Shown: one piece after another, positions 23,648 through 36,387 of the stretch | Numbering within the stretch: position 1 is the stretch's first letter | Layout: the number at the start of each line of letters is the position of its first letter | Source of the DNA: Squalus acanthias | Lineage: Eukaryota | NCBI GenBank assembly: GCA_030390025.1 | Contig: JASTWF010000034.1 | Span: forward strand, 1,612,001-1,676,000 | DNA length: 64,000 bases | Direction: 5' to 3' | Position numbers and translations under genes: made by a program | Notes under the pieces: model-generated | The model's database searches: none | Told to the model about the DNA's origin: nothing | The model's input: the letters and a program-made list of their open reading frames with translations, nothing else

Positions 23648-23960
23648 CTCACAGAATCCCCACAGTGCAGATAGAGGCCATTTCGGCCCATCGCGCCTCC
23701 ACCGACACATATCCCACTCTATCTCCGTAACCCCACGTATTTAATCCCCCCTAACACCAAGGATCACTTTATCATAGCCAAATCAACCTAACCCGCACAT
23801 CTTTGGACTGTGGGAGGAAACCAGAGTACCCGGAGGAAACCCACGCCGACACGGGGAGAATGTGCAAACTCCACACAGACAGTCACCCGAGGCCGGATTC
23901 GAACCCGGGTCCCTGGAGCTGTGAGGCAACAGTGCTAACCACTATGCCACCGTGTTGCCC
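23648..23960 (-). mobile_element. tRNA-derived V-SINE (HE1-like)
   Basis: A box GGTGGCATAGTGG, B box GGTTCGAATCC, V-domain TGTGTGGAGTTTGCACATTCTCCCCGTG..GGGTTTCCTCCGGG, and CR1-like tail GGGCCGAAATGGCC. Confidence 0.9.
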
Positions 23961-24044
23961 TGTTGCTGTTGGGAGGTATACAGTGGAGCTCCCCTGGGGA
24001 CAGGAGGGAGGTATACAGTGGAGTTCCCCTGGGTTCAGTTCACG

Positions 24045-24545
24045 ATACTAGGGGGAAATGATAGGGAAGATGGAGATAATCTATTTCCGCTGGTTGGGAG
24101 TCTATGATTAGGGCCCATAGATAAAAATTAGAGTCAGATCTTTCAGGAGTGAAATTAGGAAACACTTCTACACACAAAGGGTGGTAGAATTTTGAAACTC
24201 TCTTCCACAAACGGCAATTGATGCAAGAACAATTGTTAATTTTCAAACTGAGATTTTTAGATTGTTGTTAACAAAAGGTAGGAAAGAATATAGGGCAAAG
24301 CTGGGTATATGGTGTTAGTTCGCAGATCATCCAAGCCCTCAATAAATGGCGGAACAGGCTCGAGGGTCTAAATTGCCTACCCTTGTTCCCATGCTCCTAT
24401 CAACAGTCTGGTTCAGCCTCCGACAATCACTTGGGACAGGAATAGAGTCGCTGATTAGGGAATGGAGTTTGTGGCGGGAACCGAAGACAATGGAATCAGT
24501 CTTCACAATATTTAGTTGCAGGAAATTTCTGCTCATCCGCTGTGC
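24045..24545. mobile_element. CR1 3' fragment (+, about 24045-24395) and L2 fragment (-, about 24400-24545)
   Basis: RKHFYTQRVVEF-like translation with a CR1 tail; FLQLNIVKTDSIVFGSRHKL. Confidence 0.75.
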
Positions 24546-24679
24546 ATTGGTTACCATGTCCAAATTAGCAATTAACTGCATATTTATTTCCCTGTGTATT
24601 GGTTATCGTTTCAAATTGGCCAGGGAATAAATAGAGTTACAGAGCAGGAGTATAAAGTGAGAGGAACTGCTACTACACA

Positions 24680-25400
24680 TTCAAGGGTAGGTACAGCACA
24701 GTTTAGATACAGACAAAGCTCCCTCTACACTATCCCATCAAACACTCCCACAGCAGGTACAGCACGGGTTAGATACAGAGAAAAGCTCCGTCTACAATGT
24801 CCCATTAATCACTCCTTCGGCAAGTACAGCACGGGTGAGTACAGAGTAAAGCTCCCTTTATACATTCATAGCAAGCACTCCCAGGCCGGGTACAGCACAG
24901 GTTACATGTAGATTAAGACTTCCCTCTGCACTGCCCCATCAAACACTCCCAGGGCAGTTACAACATGGGTTAGATACAGAGTAAAGCTCCCTCTACACTG
25001 TCCCATCAAACACTCCCAGTGCAGGTTAAGTAACGGTTAATTAAAGTGTCAAGCTCACGCGGCACTTTCCCATCAAACACTCCAGGGAAGGAAAGCGCGC
25101 TTAGATACAGAGTAAAGCTGCCGCTACACTGTCCCATCAAACACTCCCAGGGCAGGTAGAGCACGGGTTAGATATAGAGTCAATCACCCTCTAATTTGGT
25201 TCACCAAGCACATCCAACTCAGATGCAGCATGTGTTCAATGCAGCGTACAGCTCCCGTGACACTACCCAATGAAGCACAACCAGCTCAGGTACAGAAAGG
25301 GGTGAATACAGAATAAAGATCCCTCTGCATGTGTCAAACACTCCCGGGTGAGGTACGGGCAAGGTTTAACTAGGAGTTAAGGTCTGCTCTGCTCAACTTG
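24680..25400 (+). repeat. Diverged 67-bp tandem repeat, about 10 copies
   Basis: Unit TAGATACAGAGTAAAGCTCCCTCTACACTGTCCCATCAAACACTCCCAGGGCAGGTACAGCACGGGT. Confidence 0.9.
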
Positions 25401-25458
25401 CCCCATCTACGTCAGAGCCAGATGTTGAACAGCTCCAAGTCTCTGGTTAGACTCTTAC

Positions 25459-25675
25459 CTCGGCAAAATCCTGGATTGATGAGATTCTAGCTGAAGTTCC
25501 TCACCTTTCCAATCATTGTTGAAACAACCCGTTTTATCCCGTCTCCGACACTGGGGGTCTGGGTCCCACCGGATCTGCTCTGTGAACCCAGCGACATTTC
25601 TCTAGTCCCAGTGAGTGAGGCGATGATTCGACTTCTCTCTCTCCACCTTCCTGAGATATTGCTCACTCCCAGAGA
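25459..25675 (-). other. Candidate orphan exon of unknown gene
   Basis: Unique sequence bounded by tttttctattgacag| and GAG|GTAAGA. One frame is open except for a single TAG (…MSLGSQSRSGGTQTPSVGDGIKRVVSTMIGKVRNFS*NLINPGFCR). Confidence 0.3.
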
Positions 25676-26129
25676 CTGTCAATAGAAAAATGATTCATAT
25701 TAATCCCAGAATCTGTAGGTGGAATACAGAGGGGCTGTTTTTGTGACTGTGATTATATTTAATTTGAATATGTTTTCAATTAATGTGTGTAATGTATTAC
25801 TTACCTTAATATTAAATTGGTCTTTTCTGCCCCTTGTCCTGTTTATTGGGACTGGACTCATTGCCTCTGTCAGCTGTCACTTCAGCTCCTCCCATACTGA
25901 CATCACACTGATGGGCCGTAACCGGGGGCTGAAACCTATCTCCAGGTGACATCACACAGGAACCAGGAGCCATTCACACAGCAGCTAGGAGTGATGTCAC
26001 AAAGCAGCCGGTGCCCCTCCCACTCGAGGTGTCACAGGGTCACATTGACCAGGCTCTGCTCCTGGTGTGCAGTATCACTGGGCATGAACACAGAATGTAA
26101 AATCAGAAACATTTCCGACCCCGCTCCCC

Positions 26130-27285
26130 TCATAGAATCATGAATGATACAGCCCAGGACGAGCCCATTCGGCCCATTCTCTCTGTGCCGGCACTTTTAA
26201 AGAGCTATCCAATTAGTCCCACTCCACTGCTCTTTCCCCATAGCCCTGCAACTTTTTCAGCTTCGAGTATTTATCCAATTTGCTTTTGAAAGTTACTGTT
26301 GAATCTGCTTCCACCACACTTTCAGGCAGTGTATTCCAGATCACAACAACTCGCTGCGTAAATAATGTGTTCCTCACGTCGCCTCTTTTGCCAATTACCT
26401 TAAATCTGTGTCCTATGGTCACCGACCCTTCTGCCACTAGAAGCATTTTCTCCTATCAAATTTCATCTGGCCTGTGTCTGCCCATTTCACCAGTCTCTCT
26501 TTGTCCTCCTGAAGCCTGTTACTACTCTCCTCACTATTTATTACCTTTCCGAATTTCGTGTCATCTGTAAACTCTGAAATGATGCCTGTATAGCTATGTC
26601 TAGCTCATTAATATATATCATAAAGAGCAGTGGTCCCGACACCGACCCCTGGGGGACACCACTGCACACTTCCCTCCAGTCTGAAAAACAAGCGTTCACC
26701 GCGACTCTCTGCATCCTGTCATTAGCCCATTTTGTATCCACACAGCTGCTGCCCCTTTAACACCATCGGCTTTTGCTAACAAGTCTATTGTGTGGTACTT
26801 TATCAAACACCTTTTGAAAGTCCATATACACAACATCGACGTCACTAGCCTCATCCACCCTTTTCGTTACTACATCAAAGAACTCAACTAAATTAGTCAA
26901 ACATGATTTGCCATTAACAAATCCATGCTAGCTTTCATAAAGTCGTAGAGTCATAACGGCACAGAAGGAGGCCATTCGGCCCATCGAGTTTGACATCCTG
27001 CCTGAAGTGCGGTGCCCAGAATTGCCCACAATACTCCATCTGGAGCCTAACCAGTGTTTTATAAAGGTTCAGCATAACTTCTTTCCTTTTGTACTCTATC
27101 CCTCTATTTATAAAGCCAAAGATTCCATAAGTTTTTTAACATTCTACTCAACTTGGGAGTGCTTGTTCTCAACACGCACCGACAGGGCCCTCTATTCCTG
27201 CATTCCCTTTAAAATTGTACCCTTAGTTTATATTGCCTTTCCTCGTTCTTCCTGTCAAAATGAATCACTTCACACTTCAGGGGAA
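26130..27285 (-). mobile_element. CR1 fragments (two 3' ends, internally deleted)
   Basis: FTQRVVVIWNTLP and CSGVPQGSVSGP; tails at about 26130 and 26945. Confidence 0.85.
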
Positions 27286-27729
27286 TAGATTGAAACTATT
27301 GAAAGGTATATTTCGAACTGACATCAGTAAGTTCTTTACATGAAGAGTAATCAATTCAATTGATTGGAATGGAATGAGTTGGGTCGTGGAGGCAAACATC
27401 CCAGAATTATTGGAGAAACGTAGATGCTGTGGCTTGGGGGGAGGAATTGTCGACTCTTTCTGGATGAATGAATTAAGATCAGTGGTGGTCTTTATTTCTA
27501 TCTATCTAGTGTATTATCTCCTGGGCGGGGTCTCCATTATTGCCACAATGAACCAGGTACCACAAGTTGAGCAACATGAGCTGGGAACAATGCTCCCCAT
27601 GATTCCCTTTTCCCCCTCCCCAAACACGAAGCACCTGCTCTTCACGGAGCCCTTATCTGCCTCTTCTCTGAAGAATGATGTTCTTTCTGGGGCTGTGCAC
27701 ATCATTCTATAAAAAATTTAGACTTTTAC

Positions 27730-27890
27730 CAGCGAGTCGCAAGTCTCCGCTTTCTCCTCCACTTTCCCAGCATGGTTCATTCTGTTGACCCTCTTCTTTT
27801 TGATAGCTCCTGTCCAATCGAAGAAGGGATCCTCGTCACTGTCGTAGACATCCTCGGCCTCCCAGTGTTTAGATTTTCCCTTACGAGAAG
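27730..27890 (-). pseudogene. SLC4A1AP: Isolated kanadaptin-like exon
   Basis: 161-bp exon between ttccttaccag| and |GTAAAA encoding SRKGKSKHWEAEDVYDSDEDPFFDWTGAIKKKRVNRMNHAGKVEEKAETCDSL. It is collinear with kanadaptin as I recall it (SRKRKAKNWEDEDFYDSDDDTFLDRTG..EKKRLNRMKKAGK). Confidence 0.8.
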
Positions 27891-28044
27891 CTGGTAAGGA
27901 AGCAAATTGTGATGTTTTTAGTCTTAGTTTCGGAGCATTAAAAAAAACACACAACTTTCTAGTAATGATGAAAGTACCTCCCTCTTAATCGATATTACTA
28001 AAGTTCCTGTCATTGTGAATGCGCGCTTGTGTATTGCTGCAGTG

Positions 28045-28318
28045 ATTTCAAATCACTTCCTGGCCTCGCCCCTTCCTATCTCTGTAATCTCCTCCAGCCT
28101 CACATGCCTCCGAGATCTCTGCGCTCCTCGAATTCTGGCCTCTTGAGCATCCCCGGTTTTAATCGCTCCACCATTGGTGGTTCTGCCTTCAGCTGCCGAG
28201 GCCCTAAGCTCTGGAATTCCCTCCCTAAACCTCTCCGCCTCTCTCTCCTCCTTTAAGACGCCCCTTAAAACCTATCTCTTTGACCGAGCTTTTGGTCACC
28301 TGCCCTAATATCTCCTTA
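28045..28318 (+). mobile_element. L2 LINE 3' fragment
   Basis: GLAPSYLCNLLQP..RSLRSSNSGLL..GGSAFS..PKLWNSLP. Confidence 0.85.
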
Positions 28319-31177
28319 TAGAATCATAGAATGGTTACAGCAATAAGGAAGACCATTAGGCCTGTCGAGCCCACCCGACTCTCAGCATGTCCCACTCCCC
28401 TGCCCTCTCCCCGTAGCCCTGCAATTTTTTTTCTTTCAGATACTTATCCAACTCCCTTTTGAAAGATAAGATTGTGTCTGCCTCCACTCTCCTTTCAGGC
28501 AGTGCATTCCAGATCCGAACCACTCTCTGTGTAAAAACGGTTTTTCTTACATCGACTTTGGTTCTTTTGCCAATTACCTTAAGTCTGTGTCCTCTGGTTC
28601 TCGACCCTTCGGCGAAAGGCAACAGTTTCTCTCCATCTATTCTGTCTAGACCCCTCATGATTTTGAACACCTGTATCAAATCTCCTCTGCTCCAAGGAGA
28701 ATAATCCCAGCTTCTCCTGTCCATCAACGTAACTGAAGTACCTCATCGCTGGAATCGTTCTCGCAATTTTTTTCTGCACCATCTCTAAGGCCTTCACATC
28801 CTTCCAAAAGTGCGGTGCCAAGAATTGGACACAATACTCCAGTTGGGGCAGAACCATTGTTTTATAAAAGTTCATCATAATTTCCAAACTTTTGTACTCT
28901 ATACCACGATTTATGAAGCCCAGGATCCCGTAAGCCTTTTTAACTAATTTCTCAATGTGCCCAGTCTCCTTCAACGATTTGTGCACATATACCCCCAGGT
29001 CTCTCTGTTCGTGCACCCCCTTAAGGATTGTACCCTTTAGTTTATATGTCCTCTCCTCATTCTTCCTACCAAAATGTATAATTTCTTACTTGTCTGCGTT
29101 AAATTTCATCTGACACGTGTCCGCCCATTTCACCAGCCTGTCTTTGTCTTCTTGAAGTCTATCATTATCCTCCACAATATTTTATAAATTTCAAGTCTTG
29201 CGTCATTTGCAAATTTTGAAATTGTGCCCTGTACACCCACGTCCAAGTCTTTAATATATAACAAAAGCAGTGACCTAGAACCGACCCATGGGGAACACCA
29301 CTGTATACCTTCCTCCAGTCCAAAAAACAACCGTTCACCACTACTCTCTGTTTCCTGTCACTTAGCCAATTTCGTATCCATGCTGCCACTGTCCATTTTA
29401 TTCCATGGGCTTCAACTTTGCTGGCGAGCCCATTATGTGGCACTTTGTCGAACGCCTTTTGGAAATCCACGTACACCACATCAACCGCATTACCTTCATC
29501 AACCCTCTCTGTCACCTCATCAAAAAACACGATCGAGTTGGTTAAACACGATGTGCCTTTAACAAATCTGTGCTGGCTTTCCTTAATTAATCCACACTTA
29601 TCCAAGTGACTGTTAACTTTGTCTCTGATTACATTTTCTAAAAGCTTTTTCACTACCGAGGTTAAACTGACTGGCCTGTCGTTGCTGGGTTTATCTTTGC
29701 ACTCTTTTTTTTAACAATGGTGTAACATTTGCAATTATCCAGTCCTCTGGCACCACCCCCGTATCTATGTAGGATTGGAATTTTATGGCCAGTACCATCG
29801 CGATTTCTGCCCTCGATTCCCTCAGCATCCTAGGATGAACCTAGGATGCATCCCATCCGGTCCTGGTGACTTATCTACTTTATGTACAGCCAGCCTATCT
29901 AATACCTCTCCTTTATCAATTTTTATCCTATCAACTGTCTCCACTGCCTCCTCCCTCACTAAGGCTATGGCAGCATCGTCTTCCTTGTTAAAGACAGATG
30001 CAAAGTACTCATTTAGTACCTCAGCCATACCCTCTGTCTCCATCTATAGGTCTCCTTTTTGGTCCCCAATCGTCCCCACCCCTCCTCTTACTCTCCTTTT
30101 ACTATTTATATGACTATAGAAGTCTTTTGGATTCCCTTTTATGTTGGCTGCCATTCTGTTCTCATACCCTCTCTTTGTCCCTCTTATTTTCTGTTTCACT
30201 TCTCCTCGGGCCTTTCTGTATATAGCCGGATTCTCAGATGTATTTGCAACTTGACATCTGTCATACGCGCCCATTTTGTGCATCATCATATTGGCTATAT
30301 CTTTCGTCATCCAGGGAGCTCTGACTTTAGTTGCCCTGCCTTTCCCCCAAAGGGAATGTACCTCGACTGTACCCGAATTATTTTGTCTCTAAAGGCAGCC
30401 TCTTCTTCCACTACAGTTTTGCCTGCCAATCTTTGATTCCAGTTTACCCTGGCCAGATCTGTTCTCACCCCATTGAAATTGGCCTTCCCCCAATGAAACA
30501 TTCTTACTCTAGATTGCTCCCTGTCTTTTTTTTCAAAGTTAATCTAAAACTTATGATACTATGATCACTGTTCCCTAAAGGTTCACCTACTGACACTTGC
30601 TCCACTTGACCCACCTCATTCCTTAGAACCAAATCTGGCATTGCCTCCTCCCTTGTCGGGCCAGAAAAACACTGATCAAGAATCTTCAGAACATACTTCA
30701 GAAATTGATCCACCTCTCTGCACTTTACAGTATTACTATCCCAGTCTATATTAGGATAGTTGAAATCCCCCATTATCACTACACTATAGTTCTTGCACCT
30801 CTGTAATTTCTCTGCAAACTTGATCCTCCATATCTTTCACATTATTGGGCAGTTGATAGATTACAACGAGGTGTGTAATGGCACCTCTATTATTTCCTAA
30901 CTTTAGCCATAAAGATTCTGTCCTTGACCCCTCCAGTACATCCTCTCTCTCCAGCACTGTAACATTCGTGTTAAGCAATAATGCCACATCACCTCCTATC
31001 TTTCCTTCCCTATCTTTCGAGAACAGCTTATCACGAGGAATATTTAATACCCAATCCAGCACTTTTTTGAGCCAGGTCTCAGTTATTGACACAACATTAT
31101 ATTCCCATGTGGCTGTTTCTGCCTGCAGCTCACTTACTTTGTTTACCACGTTTCATGCATTCACATACACACACTTT
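28318..31177 (-). mobile_element. CR1 element A: ORF2 (APE-RT) plus 3' end, degenerate
   Basis: ORFs 30784-31149 (ITETW), 30504-30779 (GDFN), 29165-29653 (DFQKAFDKV) and 28579-29016. Confidence 0.92.
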
Positions 31178-34100
31178 AGAAACATAGAAAAATAGGAGCA
31201 GGAGTAGGCCATTCATAGAAACATAGAAGATAGGAGCAGGAGTAGGCCATTCGGCCCCTCGAGCCTGCTCCGCCATTCGATGAGATCATGGCTGATCGTC
31301 CAAACTCAGTACCCTTTATCTGCCTTCTCCCCATATCCCTTGATACCTTTAGCCTTAAGAAATATATCTAACTCATTCTTGAATATATTTAATGACTTGG
31401 CCTCAACTACCTTCTGTGGTAGAGAATTCCACAGGTTCCCCACTCTCTGGGTGAAGAAATTCTTCCTAATTTCTGTCCTAAATGGCTTACCCGTTATCCA
31501 TAGATTATGACCCCTGGTTCTGGACTCTCCGACCATCGGGAACATTCTTCCTGCATCTAGTTTGTCCAGACCTGTCAGAATTGTATATGTTTCGATGAAA
31601 TCCCCTCTCATTCTTCTATACTCCAGCGAGTATAAGCCCAGTCGACCCAATCTCTCCTCATATGTCATTCCTGCCATCCCAGGTATCAGCCTTGTGAATC
31701 TTCGCTGAACTCCTTCCATGGCAAGAATATCCTTCCTCAGATAAGGCGACCAAAACTGCACACAGTACTCAAGATGTGGTCTCACCAAGGCCCTGTACAA
31801 CTGCAGCAAGACATCCTTGTTCATGTACTCAAACCCTTTCGCTATGAAGGCCAATATACCATTTGCCTTCTTCTCCGCCTGCTGCACCTGCATGCTTACT
31901 TTCAGCGACTGGTGCACAAGGACACCCAGGTCTCGTTGCACTTCCCCTTCTCCCAATCTATTGCAATTCAGATAATAGTCTGCCTTTCTGTTTTTGACAC
32001 CAAAGTGGATAACCTCGCATTTATCCACGTTATATTGCATCTGCCACGCTTCTGCCCACTCACACAACCTGTCCAAATCATCCTGGAGTTTCTCAGTATC
32101 CTCCTCGCAGCACACACTCCCACCCAGCTTTGTGTCATCTGCAAACTTGGAGATATTACATTTAGTTCCCTTATCTAGATCATTAATGTATATTGTGAAT
32201 AGCTGGGGTCCAAGGACCGATCCCTGCGGTACCCCACTAGTCACTGCTTGCCACTCGGAAAAAGACCCATTAATTCTTACTCTCTGCTTTCTGTCCGCCA
32301 ACCAGTTCTCTATCCAAGTCAATACCTTGCCCCCAATCCCAGGTGCCTTAACTTTACACGCTAATCTCTTATGCGGGACCTTATCGAAAGCCTTTTGAAA
32401 GTCCAAATACACCACATCTACTGGTTCTCCCTTATCTATTTTCCTACTTACATCCTCAAAAAATTCCAGTAGATTAGTCAAGCATGATTTACCTTTTGTA
32501 AATCCATGTTGACTTTGTCCAAACCTGTCAGTGTTTTTCAAGTGCTCAGCTATTACATCCTTTATAATGGACTCTAGCATTTTCCCCACTACCGATGTCA
32601 GGCTTACCGGTATGTAATTCCCCGCATTCTCTCTACCACCCTTTTTGAATAGTGGGGTAACATTAGCTACCCTCCAATCCATGGGTACTGTTCCAGATTC
32701 CATCGAATGTTGGAAGATGATCAGCAATTCATCTACTACATCTAGGGCCACTTCCTGAAGTACCCTAGGATGTAGATTATCAGACCCTGGGGATTTATCG
32801 GCCTTCAATCCTGTCAATTTCCCTAACACCATTTCCCTGCAAATACTGATTTCTTTCAGTTCCTCCCTTTCATCAGACCGTATGTTCTCCAACATCTCTG
32901 GGAGGTTATTTGTGTCCTCCTTTGTGAAGACAGAACCAAAATATGCATTTCATTGGTCTGCCATTTCTTTGTTCCCCATTATAACTTCCCCCGCTTCTGA
33001 CTGCAAGGGACCTACACTTGATTTCACTAATCTTTTTTCGCTTCACATATCTATAAAAGCTCTTACAGTAAGTTTTTATGTTCCCAGCAAGCTTACTTTC
33101 ATATTCTATTTTCCCCTTCTTAATTAATCCCTTTGTCCTCCTTTGTTGAATCCTAAACTGCTCCCAAACATCAGGGTTACTGCTTTTTCTGACCAATTTA
33201 TATGCCCTCTCCTTGAATCTTATGGTATCCCTAATTTCCCTTGTTAGCCACGGTTGTGTCACCCTTTTTGTTTTATTCTTATGCCACACTGGGATGAACA
33301 AATTCTGTAGTTCATCCATGCAGTCTTTGATTGTTTGCCGTTGCCTATCCACCGTCAACCCCTTGATTGACAGTCCCCAATCAATCCTACCCAATTCGCG
33401 CCTCATCCCATCGCCGTTTCCTTTATTTAAATTCAGGACCCTAGTCTCTGATTCAACTACTTCACTCTCCATCCTAATGAAGAATTCTATCATATTATGA
33501 TCACTCTGACCCAAGGGGCCTCGTACAACAAGATTGCTAATTAATCCTTTCTCGTTACACAATACCCAGTCTAAGATGGCCTGATCTCTGGTTGGTTCCT
33601 CGACATATTGTTCCAGAAAACCATCCCGTAAACATTCTAGGAATTCCTCCTCCACAGTATTTTTACTAATTTGGTTAGCCCAATCTATATGTAAATTAAA
33701 GTCACCCATGATGACTGCTGTGCCCTTACTGCATGCTTCTCTACTTTCCCTTTTAATGCCGTCCCCAACCTCCGTATTACTGTTTGAGGTCTATATACCA
33801 CTCCCACTAACGATTTCTGACCCTTGTTATTTCTCAGTTCTACCCATACAGATTCCACATCATCAGAGCTAATATCCTTCCCTTCAATTGTGTTAATCCC
33901 CTCTTTAACCAGCAATGGTACCCCACCTCCCATTCTTTTTTGCCTATCGTTCCTAAATATTGAATAACCCTGGATGTTGAGTTCCCAGCCTTGGCCACCC
34001 TCGAGCCATGTTTCTGTAATCCCAATCAAAATTTACCTCTATTTGCGCAGCTAATTCATCTACCTTGTTCCGAATGCTCCTTGCATTAAGACACAATGCC

Positions 34101-35480
34101 TTCAGGCTTGTTTTTTTAACGCTCTCAGATCTATATGAATTATTATTTACTGTGACCATGTTTGATTTAAACCGTTGTGTTCTTTGCCTTCTACTTTTGT
34201 TTTTCTCCTTCCTGTATTTAGCTTTTATCCTTGTTTCCCTTTCCTCTGTCTCCCTGCTCAGGTTCCCAACCCCTTGCCACTTTAGTTTAAACCCTCCCCA
34301 ACAGCACTAGCAAACACTCCCCCTAGGACATCGGTACCGGCCCTGCCCAGGTGCAGACCGTCCCGTTTGTACTGGTCCCACCTCCCCCAGAACCAGTTCC
34401 AATGTCCAAGGAATTTGAATCCCTCCCACTTGCACCGCCGTTCCTCTAGCCACATATTCATTTGAAATATCCTCCTATTTCTACTCTGACTAGCACGTGG
34501 CACTGGTAGCAATCCTGAGATTACTACCTTTGAGGTCCTATGTTTTAATTTACCTCCTAACTCCCTATATTCTGCTTTTTGGACCTCATCCCGTTTTTGC
34601 CCTATATCGTTGATGCCTATGTGCACCACGACAACTGGCTGCTCGCCCTCCCCCTCCAAAATGTTCTGTAGCCGCTCCGAGTCAGGGAGGCAACACACCA
34701 TCCTGGAGTCTCGTTTGCGGCCGCAGAAACGCCTATCTATTCCCCTTACAATTGAATCCCCTATCACTATAGCTCTTCCACACTTTTTCCTTCCAGCCTG
34801 TGCAGCAGAGCCACCCATGGTGCCAAGAAGTTCGCTGCTGCTGCCTTCCCCTGATAAGTCATCCCCCCCGACAGCATCCAAAGTGGTATATCTGTTTGAG
34901 AGGGGGATGGCCACAGGGGACCCCTGCACTACCTGCCTGCACCTCTTACTCTGCCTGGTGGTCACCCATTCACTTCCTGCCTGTACACCCTTTACCTGCG
35001 GTGTGACCAACTCGCTAAACGTGTTATCCACGACCTTCTCAGCGTCGCAAATGCTCCAATATGCATCCATCCGCAGCTCCAGCGCCGCAATGTAGCTCCG
35101 TCAGTAGCTGCAGCTGGATACTTTTCCCACACACATGGTCGTCAGGACACAGGAACCGGCCCTGATTTCCCACATGTAGCAGGAGGAGCATATCACGGGG
35201 CGGAGCTCTCCTGCCATGACTTAGCCTTTAATTAATTAATATTAAACTAAATGAATCACATCAATTTCACTTCAATTAAATGATATACTCAAGGGCCCTT
35301 GCTTAACAGCAGTCCCCACTACACCACAGAGACTCTAGAAACTATAAACCACAGAATTTAAGTACGGAAAAAAGGAGAAAGGGAGAAATACTCACCAACC
35401 AATCAATTACCTGCTTTCTGGTGATGTCACACTTCGATTACATTTTACTTCTTCACACTCACCGGTCCGTTGTAGCCCCG

Positions 35481-36128
35481 GCTCACCTTTGAAATCTCCC
35501 GAGGTTTAGCGCTCTCCATCTGCTCTCGCGCACCTTTGAAATCTCCCGAGGTTTGGCGCTCTCCAGCCGCTCTCGCTCAGCTGTGAAATCTCCCGAGGTT
35601 TGGCGCTCCCCAGCCGCTCTCGCTCAGCTTTGAAATCTCCCGAGGTTTGGCGCTCTCCAGCCGCTCTCGCTCACCTTTGAAATCTCCCGAGGTTTAGCGC
35701 TCTCCATCTGCTCTCGCGCACCTTTGAAATCTCCCGAGGTTTGGCGCTCTCCAGCCGCTCTCGCTCAGCTGTGAAATCTCCCGAGGTTTGGCGCTCCCCA
35801 GCCGCTCTCGCTCAGCTTTGAAATCTCCCGAGGTTTGGCGCTCTCCAGCCGCTCTCGCGCACCTTTGAAATCTCCCGAGGTTTGGCGCTCTCCACCTGCT
35901 CTCGCGCACCTTTGAAATCTCCCGAGGTTTGGCGCTCTCCAGCTGCTCTCGCTCAGCTTTGAAATCTCCCGAGGTTTGGCGCTCCCCAGCCGCTTTCGCT
36001 CAGCTTTGAAATCTCCCGAGGTTTGGCGCTCTCCAGCCGCTCTCGCTCAGCTTTGAAATCTCCCGAGGTTTGGCGCTCTCCAGCCTCTTTCGCTCAGCTT
36101 TGAAATCTCCCGAGGTTTGGCGCTCTCT
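35481..36128. repeat. 47-bp CpG-rich monomer array (about 13-14 copies) in the CR1 5' UTR
   Basis: Unit TTTGAAATCTCCCGAGGTTTGGCGCTCTCCAGCCGCTCTCGCTCAGC. Confidence 0.95.
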
Positions 36129-36387
36129 GCTTTAATTAATTGAACTTAAATTAAATCAAATCAATCCCACCAATTATACTATAATTAAATGATATAGGGC
36201 CCTTGTTTACCAACTTTCCCCGCTACACCACAGAGACCCTAGAAACTTTAAACCACAAAATTTAAGTTTGGAAAAAGGAGAAAAAGAGAAATGCTCACCA
36301 ACCAATCACTTACCTGCTTTCTGGTGACGTCACACTTTGATTATTTTTTATTTCTCTCTCTCCCGCTCTCGGGGCTCAGTATGGTAA

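Noticed and set aside
23885..23960. tRNA-like sequence with A and B boxes
   Set aside because: It is the head of a V-SINE, not a tRNA gene.
27514..27705. 63-aa ORF next to the kanadaptin-like exon
   Set aside because: No recognisable similarity; it lies in presumptive intron sequence.
31306..32895. 529-aa RT ORF as an active retrotransposon or domesticated gene
   Set aside because: Upstream ORF2 and ORF1 are frameshifted, so this is a young but disabled CR1 copy.
35481..36128. CRISPR-like appearance of the 47-bp array (also the 51-, 35- and 75-bp arrays)
   Set aside because: Head-to-tail repeats with no unique spacers, no cas genes, and a eukaryotic TE context.
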